Source: Wickerhamiella versatilis (Eukaryota). From it: DNA of 64,000 nucleotides. The notes under the pieces are model-generated. The model saw nothing but the letters and a program-made list of their open reading frames with translations, did no database searches and was not told the DNA's origin. The position numbers and the translations under genes were made by a program. Shown here piece after piece: positions 55,768-64,000 of the stretch. Within the stretch, counting starts at the first letter, position 1. Each line of letters starts with the position of its first letter. Location: assembly GCA_030867685.1 (NCBI GenBank), contig JAQOWU010000004.1, positions 1 through 64,000 of the forward strand, in the 5' to 3' direction.

Positions 55768-57462
55768 CTACATCTGGGCACCAAGCATCCAGGGGACCAT
55801 TTCTTCTTTGCCCACATCGAGAGCTTCACTCTTGCTAGGCTCGCCAGAAGCCAGAGTGATAAACCGACGGAAAATCTCCTCGCCCTTCCTAGCAACAGTA
55901 GTTTCACCGTCAATGATGTGACCACAGTTGATGTCCATATCATCCACCATGCGATTATACATAGGCGTGTTAGTGGCAAGCTTGATGGTAGGAGCAACTC
56001 TTGAACCGAAACAAGACCCACGTCCAGTTGTGAAGGCAAGAAGTGTGGCACCACAGGCAATTTGTCCTGTAGCACCCATGGGATCATACCCAGGTCCATC
56101 CATGTACAGCAAACCCTTTGTGTCAAGGGGCTCTGCGTACCTATAGACTCCCTGTAGTGGGGTAGATCCACTTTTCGCAACGGCTCCCAGTGACTTTTCT
56201 AAAATCGTGGTGATACCGCCCTTCTTGTTTCCAGGTGTCGGGTTGTTGTCGATACTGCCGTTTTCGCGTGCAGCATAACCTTCCCAGTCATGGATGATAT
56301 CGACAATCTTCTCTCCAATTTCCTTGGTTACCGCACGGCTCGTGAGCATCATCTCGGCACCGTAAATTTCTGGTGTCTCGGTAAGAATAGCTGACCCGCC
56401 CTGGGCAACCAGAAGGTCGACTGCTTTACCCAATGCCGGATTAGCAGTGAGAAGAGAATATCCATCTGATCCACCACATTGCAAAGCCACTGTTAGGTGC
56501 GAAAGTGGTAATGGCTGTCTTTCGGTCTTATTGACCTCGGGCAAAAGACCCTCAATAACCTTGATAGCTGCATCAGCAGTCTTCATCGTTCCGCCCTTTT
56601 CCTGCATAACCAATGGAACCAAGCGGGAACCTGGCTTTACATGCTCAGTCATAAAAATGGCATCCATCTGATTTGCCTCGCAACCGAGACCAATGACAAT
56701 AACCGCCGCGAAGTTCGGATGGACGATGTAGCCACCGATGGTACGGCGCAACTGTTTGATACCCTCACCGTTCCAGTCAATACAGCAGCCAAATCCATGA
56801 GTGATGGGTAAAACACCATCGATATTGGGAAACTGTTTCAGGATGTCCGACTTGGCAAAATGGTCAGCCACCTTACGAACAGTGGTTGCCGAGCAATTGA
56901 CAGTACTGATCACGCCAATTAAGTTGCGTGTCGCTCCGCGTCCATCTGGACGCAAATGACCATTGAAAGTCAGCTCCTCTTTTGGCTTCTCAACTGGTCT
57001 CACTTTGCTACAGAAAGCATAGTCACGCTTGAAAGTGTGTCCCATGGCGAGGTTATGAACATGCACGTAGTCACCCGGAGCAATGTCTTTGGTCGCAAAA
57101 CCAATGATCTCGCCACATTTGTGAACAGGTTCACCCTTCCTGATACTATGAATAGCAATTTTGTGACCATTGGGAACATCAGTATCAACTGTTATTTTCT
57201 CAGGTAAATCAAGTACAGTACCGTTGGGCAAATCCTCGCGAGCCACTACTATATTATCATGGTCGTTGAGTAAAACAAACTCATCGCTTGTGCCCTTATT
57301 CCAGGTTCTCTTAGAGTTAGAATCACTAGGCCTCAGCGGAGTCGTGTGGAATTGCTTCGCTACACCAGGGTAAATAGAAGAGCGTTTGAAGGCCAACTGC
57401 TGGGGACGAGCAGAACGAAGAGCAGCTAAAATAAGTTTGATATTGATTCTGAAAAGGGGCAT
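55768..57462 (-). CDS. UxaA/GarD-family (altronate/galactarate) dehydratase with predicted mitochondrial presequence
   Basis: SAF domain (DNIVVA..GHKIA..GDYVHVHNL), TRNLIGVISTVNCSAT, HGFGC, LQCGGSDG, NPTPGNKKGGITTILEKSLGA, FTTGRG. Confidence 0.88.
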   Translation of the reverse strand: MPLFRINIKLILAALRSARPQQLAFKRSSIYPGVAKQFHTTPLRPSDSNSKRTWNKGTSDEFVLLNDHDNIVVAREDLPNGTVLDLPEKITVDTDVPNGHKIAIHSIRKGEPVHKCGEIIGFATKDIAPGDYVHVHNLAMGHTFKRDYAFCSKVRPVEKPKEELTFNGHLRPDGRGATRNLIGVISTVNCSATTVRKVADHFAKSDILKQFPNIDGVLPITHGFGCCIDWNGEGIKQLRRTIGGYIVHPNFAAVIVIGLGCEANQMDAIFMTEHVKPGSRLVPLVMQEKGGTMKTADAAIKVIEGLLPEVNKTERQPLPLSHLTVALQCGGSDGYSLLTANPALGKAVDLLVAQGGSAILTETPEIYGAEMMLTSRAVTKEIGEKIVDIIHDWEGYAARENGSIDNNPTPGNKKGGITTILEKSLGAVAKSGSTPLQGVYRYAEPLDTKGLLYMDGPGYDPMGATGQIACGATLLAFTTGRGSCFGSRVAPTIKLATNTPMYNRMVDDMDINCGHIIDGETTVARKGEEIFRRFITLASGEPSKSEALDVGKEEMVPWMLGAQM

Positions 57463-57829
57463 GATTGTAACACCAGCTAGGTCTCGTGTCTCACCAATGT
57501 GTGATATCCCGTATCGGGGCTAGGGTAAGAGATCCAGCTTAACTGATTTCTGCAGTTGTTGCCCCGCCGTTTATGTAAGGGGGCTGCATTTGACCCAATA
57601 AATTATTTCGTGGAACATACACAGAGTGGTTAAATGGGTAAGTATTCAAACTATTTATTTGACCTTTTCTCATCATGTTCGATTGAGTGCGTCACATCGA
57701 ACGAAGTTGACTCGCCGGATGATCTGCAATGCAATGACTCAGCTTATTCCCGTGTTTGTCGTTTTCTGTTGGTCAATTTGCTGAAAACCTCGTTTCGTAA
57801 GACTTTTTATCCTACTGATAGTAATTGAA

Positions 57830-59287
57830 ATGTATTTCAGCCTAGGCGCCGCAATATGGATGGGGATTAAGCCACTGGTTAAGATATATGGGACAATTGG
57901 TGCAGGATATCTTGCTGCGCATAAGGGGGTTCTTACACCACAGTCAGAGAAAACCATCTCTTGGATGGTTTTATATTTCTTTATACCGGCACTTATTTTC
58001 TACAATATTGTGTCCTACATCACGGACACCGATATCGAAATGCTAGGTGTCATTTTCCTTTCTGGAGCAATATATTATGCGCTCGGCCTTCTCTACGGAA
58101 TAGTGCTGTACTTGATTTCTCCTATCCCACGTGGATGGATTGGGGGATTATTACTCTGTGCCATGGTGAATAACTCATCTGACTTACCGGTTGCTTATGT
58201 TCAAACCATTGGAAGCTCGACTTTGATGCCTGAGGGATCTAGCAACTTAGGTAGCGCCTATGCAGTCCTATTTAGCACCATTTTCTACATCACCACATTC
58301 AATCTTGGTGGGAGTAGGCTTGTTGAATGGGATTTCACGCGATCTGATCCATACAGAAATGAGGGTACAAAGCCATTGCTAACGTGGAAAGGGTGTAAGC
58401 AACTCTGGAAGGAGCGTGTATCAAAGAAATCCAGCACGGAAGATAATCCAAATCACGACGACCAGGATGAGCATCAGCCAGATGACAGCGAAATAGGGAT
58501 CTTGCCGTTACACCACAGAGAATCTGCGGTGAACACACCTGGAGGGGCCAATATTGCTAAAACTTCACCAGGTGGTACAGGTAAGAACACCAATAGTGCT
58601 GAGAGCGAAGAACCGAAGCCAGAACCCCAGGTGCCTAAAACAGCTTGGCAGAAGTTTAGACAGATATGGAATAATTTTGAGAAAAAAAACCATGTAACGA
58701 TGTTCATTTGCCACTTCATTGAAGATATTAAAAGACCGCAGATGCTCGCGTTGATTTCCGCTATTGCTTGTGCCATGATTCCCTGGGTAAAGAGATGTTT
58801 TTCAAATGAACAGATTATTGGTGGTTTCAGGGACCCACCCGATGGATTGCCACCACTGGATTTCATCATGGTATTTCTCAGCTTTCTAGCAGGAGCTCAA
58901 ATTCCCCTCGGTTTAATTATGGTCGGATCCAACATTAAGCGTCTCAAACTTGGGAGGCTTGTTCCTGGGTTCAAGCGCACAGCATTTCTATTAGCGGCCT
59001 TCAAACTAGCAATCCTACCTATCATTGCCTGTGGCTGGATCGTGGCACTGCGCCAAATGGGATGGATTGACAAAAATGACCCACTAGCTGCCGTGGTTTT
59101 GGCAGTGGATGCCTCAACACCTTCTGCTACAGTGCAAATTTACTTGACAGAGTTGCTTGATGATCCCAATGGTGAGCGACCAGAACTAAATGCTTTTGGC
59201 TATTGCCTGATCATTCAGTATCTTTTTTTGCCAATATCAATAGTAATAGTGGTTGCGTTTGTGCTGAAACATTTTTCTGCTGCTTAA
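57830..59287 (+). CDS. Auxin-efflux-carrier (AEC) family membrane protein, Ecm3/YNL095C-like
   Basis: IKPLVKIY, NSSDLPVAYVQT, acidic central loop, FKLAILPII, PSATVQIYLT. Confidence 0.8.
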   Translation: MYFSLGAAIWMGIKPLVKIYGTIGAGYLAAHKGVLTPQSEKTISWMVLYFFIPALIFYNIVSYITDTDIEMLGVIFLSGAIYYALGLLYGIVLYLISPIPRGWIGGLLLCAMVNNSSDLPVAYVQTIGSSTLMPEGSSNLGSAYAVLFSTIFYITTFNLGGSRLVEWDFTRSDPYRNEGTKPLLTWKGCKQLWKERVSKKSSTEDNPNHDDQDEHQPDDSEIGILPLHHRESAVNTPGGANIAKTSPGGTGKNTNSAESEEPKPEPQVPKTAWQKFRQIWNNFEKKNHVTMFICHFIEDIKRPQMLALISAIACAMIPWVKRCFSNEQIIGGFRDPPDGLPPLDFIMVFLSFLAGAQIPLGLIMVGSNIKRLKLGRLVPGFKRTAFLLAAFKLAILPIIACGWIVALRQMGWIDKNDPLAAVVLAVDASTPSATVQIYLTELLDDPNGERPELNAFGYCLIIQYLFLPISIVIVVAFVLKHFSAA

Positions 59288-60086
59288 AAGTAGGGCAGAC
59301 CAATTCACTTTGTTTTTGAAAGGATATTTTTGATGATTAGGCATTTCTTATGAGCTAATAAATAGCAGAATAAATCTTATACTTCGTTTTGTATTAATAC
59401 ACCCCCGTCCACTTAAGACATCAGCTTGTCCTTTTTAGAGCTGAAATAGAAACACGAGATAGAAATTGCGCGCGTAGTTCTCATATGGCTAGGCAGCTAT
59501 TTCTACTATGTCCCCACTAACCGTTCATGAAAACTTACCATGGGCATACATAGCACACTCCACTACCTGAAACTAGTTCGATAATGTATGCAGATCTCGG
59601 TGCAAGTTAAGGGCAAGGATGTTTCTAGAGTGCACCCGCGGCATGCTGAACCGTCAGGCATTAAACAGTCGGACAAACTGGAAAAAAGTACCGAGGCTGG
59701 AAAAGTGGCATTTTATTCTATTATAAGAGAAGATGGAACGGTTTTCGTTATAAGGGGATGTACTTTTGCCATTCGATTTCAACACGGTAAGGGTCACCCT
59801 GGTCGCTTACAAATAGCCACAGCAACGGGTGCCTTATCCCTGAAAAATTCCCAGATCGTATTTATGATATAGCCCTTCAATCACCACACTAGAACCTATA
59901 ATCGATCACATCTAGCATGCCAATACAAATATCAGTAGGTGTTCAAGGGCATTAAACATAGAGGTAGGCTATCTTACGTTATCCTCAGCAGATAGATACT
60001 TATCAGGGCAGGGTCAGAATCTGTGGGCCTCCTACCGAAGTGCTATGTAGATAGGGAGATGCCTCGCCTATTTTGATCTGTCCGAC

Positions 60087-61481
60087 ATGAGCTGGAAGGA
60101 GACGACTAACGGAGTATACTCTCGGCCAACTAGTGAATATGAGCGGCTATTAATGAACATGTCACAAGTTGGTCACGAATTTCAACGTGAGGCCATTGCA
60201 ATCAATGGCATGGTGACATTCAAGCCCTTAGGGGTACTGACGAAGAGTGACATCGCGGAAAAGCTTCGCACTGCCTGGGCTAATTTACGATTCTATATTC
60301 CTAATATTGCAGCAGTGGCTGATTACCGTGCTGTTACTTACCACGTTCCTATTTCGATGGCTGCACTGGAGCAATGGATCGACGAGACGTTCGAAATTGA
60401 CTATATTTCACATTCAGCTAAAGATAAAGCTTTAAATGTCCGGCCTAACAGATATGCTTGTCTGTATTACATTTATCAATCCTGCGAGATTCTTTATCAC
60501 ACTTCACATTGGCGTCAAGATGGGATTGGAGTAGCCATGCTGCTTGGGATGATTCCTGAAATGATGTTTCGTTCCGATTTGAGGAATCTGTCAGAGATAC
60601 CCTGGGGTAGTGAAACTGTACATCTAGCTACATCACTAGAAGAAGCTGCTAATTGCCCGCTTGAGCTGACTGCTAGTCAGAAGGAATACGCAACTGAGTT
60701 TGCCCATAAATGGAGTAAGTCGCCTGATTCTGTAGGGATTCCAGTTCTATGTGATACTTGGGTTGCCCCATCCGGAACTTCAAATGTCAAAATTACATTC
60801 TCTTCAGATGAAACACAGGAAATTATCCTTGCATCCAAAAGACTAGGTTTCAGTGTTAGTAGCACATCTCATGCCAGCCTTATTTGCGCCAATTATGGGC
60901 TCGCATACCCAGAAGATAAGGGCAAGCCTTACGACAGTAATATTCAGTTCAGCCTAAGGCCTTATTTGAATCAAAAATATAGCGCCTCTACGTCAGCTGC
61001 TATGTGCCTTGTAATGCGATACGATGTTTCATTCCCGGCGGATGGTGATTGGAACTCCTACTGCAATACATTTCAAACTGTTTACCGTCGAGATATACCA
61101 TCATACGATATTAACACTGTCGGTGAAACTGCTGGTATTTTAAATGTCATGATGAAGAATATGATGGATGGCGATAACAAGGTCCCTTCCAAGGCGAGTG
61201 TCTCCCACGGTACTCTGGGGATGTTAGATAAATTTATCAAATCTAGATATGGTACGGAAAACAATGGTTGTTGCGAACAAGACGTCAATATCTGCTTAGA
61301 ATGGCCGATGCCCGGAATGATGGGATATGTTTTCACTTTTTCAGGAAAGTTGAATTTCAACATGTGCTATAATGAATCCTATCATTCAGCCAAGCAGGCA
61401 GAAGATTTTCTAATGGCGTGGAAGACTAACCTTGAGGACAAACTTGGTATTGAAAGAAGAGATGTTCATTGGAAAGGATAG
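60087..61481 (+). CDS. CoA-dependent O-acyltransferase, Tri3-like
   Basis: N-terminal W..T..GVYSRP, LRTAWANLRF..P.IAA, catalytic SHWRQDGIG (HxxxDG), C-terminal FTFSGKLNFNMCYNESYH. Confidence 0.75.
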   Translation: MSWKETTNGVYSRPTSEYERLLMNMSQVGHEFQREAIAINGMVTFKPLGVLTKSDIAEKLRTAWANLRFYIPNIAAVADYRAVTYHVPISMAALEQWIDETFEIDYISHSAKDKALNVRPNRYACLYYIYQSCEILYHTSHWRQDGIGVAMLLGMIPEMMFRSDLRNLSEIPWGSETVHLATSLEEAANCPLELTASQKEYATEFAHKWSKSPDSVGIPVLCDTWVAPSGTSNVKITFSSDETQEIILASKRLGFSVSSTSHASLICANYGLAYPEDKGKPYDSNIQFSLRPYLNQKYSASTSAAMCLVMRYDVSFPADGDWNSYCNTFQTVYRRDIPSYDINTVGETAGILNVMMKNMMDGDNKVPSKASVSHGTLGMLDKFIKSRYGTENNGCCEQDVNICLEWPMPGMMGYVFTFSGKLNFNMCYNESYHSAKQAEDFLMAWKTNLEDKLGIERRDVHWKG

Positions 61482-61762
61482 GGATTATGGATATCTTAAC
61501 ATCATAGGTGTATTGGAGTTTCCAACTTATTTTTCATTTACTAATTTGTCAATATATCTTAGTAAATTCGCAACCTAGAATGGAGAGCAAATTTTGTTCT
61601 TTCTAGTGCAAAATTTAGCAGTAAGCTCATACGAAATCGCAGTTGTGACAGAGACTGAGTGCTTTATGAAAGTTCTCTTAAGCCATCCTCTCATAGTCGC
61701 ATGCTTCCTGCAAGACAGAGTTTAGGCAGCTGTCTTCTTGTATATCAAAATATCTGAGAGAA

Positions 61763-63149
61763 CTAGCATCGAAATTCCTCGTCTTCACACAGTAGCTGTT
61801 GTTCGTGGTCCAATAAATTGACATAAAGATCATAAATGCCAGATCGAGTACAGTCAGGATACAGCACAGCACTATTTATTCTAGGGGAATCAGGACCTCG
61901 CACGGCGATTGGAATCCCGATACCAAAATCCCAGTTGGTCGTCTCAGCTGAGTGCCAGCTCGTGAGCCAGAAACAAGTCTGAGGGAGACCAAAGGGCACA
62001 AGGACAGCTCTTTCATTCGACGACAGTTTAGAGGGAAGTGCCGTTAGGTTGTAAAGGGAGGCACGATGGTCACCAAGTGCGATCGAGCATCGGTTGCTTG
62101 ACGCAGTATAGGAGAGACCATTTATTGGATCCAGTATATCTTCCGCGGATAAGGGCCCGGTGACTCCCGCTGCCATCGCATTGCCAAAATAGCTCGTTGG
62201 AACGATTGATCGCTTGCGGAGATCCACCGGCTGCACAAGCCGCCATTTTTTGCTGCTTTTGTCGAGGGACATATTTGACGACATTCGAATGCGCACGAGC
62301 GCCCTGAATAGGATAGCAACAATGCAGTCGAGCGTTGAAACGTACGTGACTACATCACCAGCTGTAGGCTTGCAAAGATGCTTAAGCCTCATGGAATCAG
62401 ACGCTATCATTCTGTACAATTTGCCAATGCAGGGTGGACCAGCTGGCTTCCTGGGAGAGAGAGGCATCAAGCTTAAGGATTTTGCAGATCCCATGCCTGT
62501 CATTCTCAATAATCAGCTGCTCCCTAGTCTTCGAAGCAATCTCTGTAGTGGGAAAAATTGGAAGACGGTCGTAGCTGTAATCGAAATTGTTAGGCGAAGG
62601 TGCGCTTCCCTCCATATAAGCTTTAGCGCATTTACAGATCTCCGTGATCGCTAAGCTCACAGATGATCCATCAGCAACCATGTGGTTCAGGACGATTGCT
62701 AAGATTACACCCTCACCAGGAACGAAGTTCACCTGCACCAGACATACGGGTCGCTCGTTCATCTTAGCAGGATGATACGTCTCGGCTGGGAGAAGACACG
62801 AGAGGTCAAGGTCATCTGGCGCAAATGACCGTTGAGCGAGATCATTATATGATTTGTACTCGCCTAATCTGAACTTGCGCATATTAACCTTTGGTGTACT
62901 AGCAGGCGACATCCGTGGCAGCGGTCTCCCCATTTCGTCAAGAATAATTTTTGCCGCAAGGGGCGGAAGCCGCTCACATGCCTTTTCCAATCCGAGTTGC
63001 AGTGAATCAATCATATGTTGGTCGTCAGTGTCTGACGGCAACTTGTATATCACAAAGAAAGGCACTGGAACATCAAACATCATCATGTCTTGCACCGCCA
63101 ACGAGTATGGATCCGCTAACTGTCCGTCTGCTTCAGCTGATGGCTGCAT
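61763..63149 (-). pseudogene. Frameshifted Tri101/Ayt1-like (BAHD-type) acyltransferase
   Basis: N-part has QVNFVPG..LNHMVADG (HxxxD); C-part has PVDLRKR..YFGNA and WDFGIG (DFGWG-like). The two frames overlap at 62397-62509; first ATG 63149. Confidence 0.78.
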
Positions 63150-63279
63150 GTCACTACTATTATAAAAAGTTTGGCGATGTAGCTGCCGCTGCTTTGTTAT
63201 GGGCACTGATGTCCTGTTGGGCTAGGGGGATTTTCACTTAGCTAGAGCTTGTTTGATTTAATGCTTTAGGTACGGTCCA

Positions 63280-63379
63280 TCCAACCAGTCTCGTGCAGCG
63301 TTGAAAAGAGCCCCGCACTTTCGAAATGGGTCACAAGAGGTTATGAATGTTCTTTATATTGTTCCTGGCTATCTTGCAT
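63280..63379 (+). repeat. Two short 41-bp repeat fragments
   Basis: TCCAACCAGTCTC (63280-63292) and GGCTATCTTGCAT (63367-63379). Confidence 0.7.
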
Positions 63380-63563
63380 GCTCCTGATTAAGTTAGTACG
63401 CAGCTGGGGTAACCCTTACCATGTCGAAAGAGAGCGACTAACGTCGATGCCTCTAGAAACGAAAATTGCTCCTGCTATGCTAATAGGCAAAAAGCTCACC
63501 TTGTCGTTTTCGGTATTCTTCCAGGATTTTTCCACAATCTTGGCTAGGAATGAACCACAAATC

Positions 63564-63607
63564 ATCTTGCATTGTCCAACCAGTCTCGGGTAGTGAAGTG
63601 GACCATC
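63564..63607 (+). repeat. 41-bp repeat, full unit
   Basis: ATCTTGCATTGTCCAACCAGTCTCGGGTAGTGAAGTGGACCATC. Confidence 0.95.
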
Positions 63608-63714
63608 CCCCATCTCTATAGAAATAGTATTTTAGGATCCCTGAAACACAGAATTCCTTATCAAGAGAGTTGCTTACCAGGGTGACCCTAAACTACATAA
63701 GTACTATGCACAGG

Positions 63715-63738
63715 TGGACAATGCAAGATAGCCCACTT
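63715..63738 (-). repeat. 41-bp repeat fragment
   Basis: TGGACAATGCAAGATAGCCCACTT, exact match to consensus. Confidence 0.93.
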
Positions 63739-64000
63739 AAGATTAATGTAAAATTATACCGCAAATGGGTTTCAATTATACTGAATAACAAATGGCAGTA
63801 ATGATAAAGCCAGTATAAGCCAATTCGGGGCCCACGATAGGCTGGCAGCCTCAGTTACAATTACAGAATTATTGCATACAATAATCAATCCTGTCACTAC
63901 ATGAGCTTTTGGCTATCAAGGATTACAAATAGATCATCTGCACTCTCAGCAGCTGCATTCATTGACCAGAGAATATGTTCGTCTAGAGTCTCTGCTTGGT

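Noticed and set aside
1312-63738. 41-bp repeat as a CRISPR array
   Set aside because: Copies are dispersed, in both orientations, partial and permuted, with no regular spacers and no cas genes; the context is eukaryotic
1-64000. tRNA, rRNA, transposase, or a telomerase/reverse-transcriptase gene that could explain the repeat
   Set aside because: None recognised in this window; the machinery, if it exists, must be encoded elsewhere

Overview
Eukaryotic, essentially intron-less, budding-yeast-like DNA with the character of an accessory (subtelomere-like) region. It encodes secreted hydrolases, three GT25 glycosyltransferases, several MFS transporters (one frameshifted), an FFZ-type fructose facilitator, a PA14 flocculin-type adhesin, two CoA-dependent acyltransferases and several gene relics (ALDH, adhesin, C2H2 zinc finger). 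Several genes look bacterial: a GH5 hydrolase, a 2/2 globin, a nitrilase, a UxaA-family dehydratase with a mitochondrial-type leader, and the T-R half of an actinobacterial-type carboxylic acid reductase fused to a eukaryotic 4CL-like adenylation domain. FFZ plus bacterial-type genes suggests the Wickerhamiella/Starmerella clade (inference). The most striking unexplained signal is about 25-30 dispersed intergenic fragments of one circularly permuted 41-bp unit (AGTGAAGTGGGCTATCTTGCATTGTCCAACCAGTCTCAGGT). They occur in both orientations and up to ~1.5 head-to-tail units long. Many end at the same register (..GATAGCCCAC). Where a paralogous copy shows the empty site, they start from microhomology with host DNA, and they cap both ends of a duplicated gene fragment. 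This is the pattern expected of telomerase (or another templated polymerase) writing an unusually long repeat into repaired breaks. All family calls are by motif recognition, not database search.
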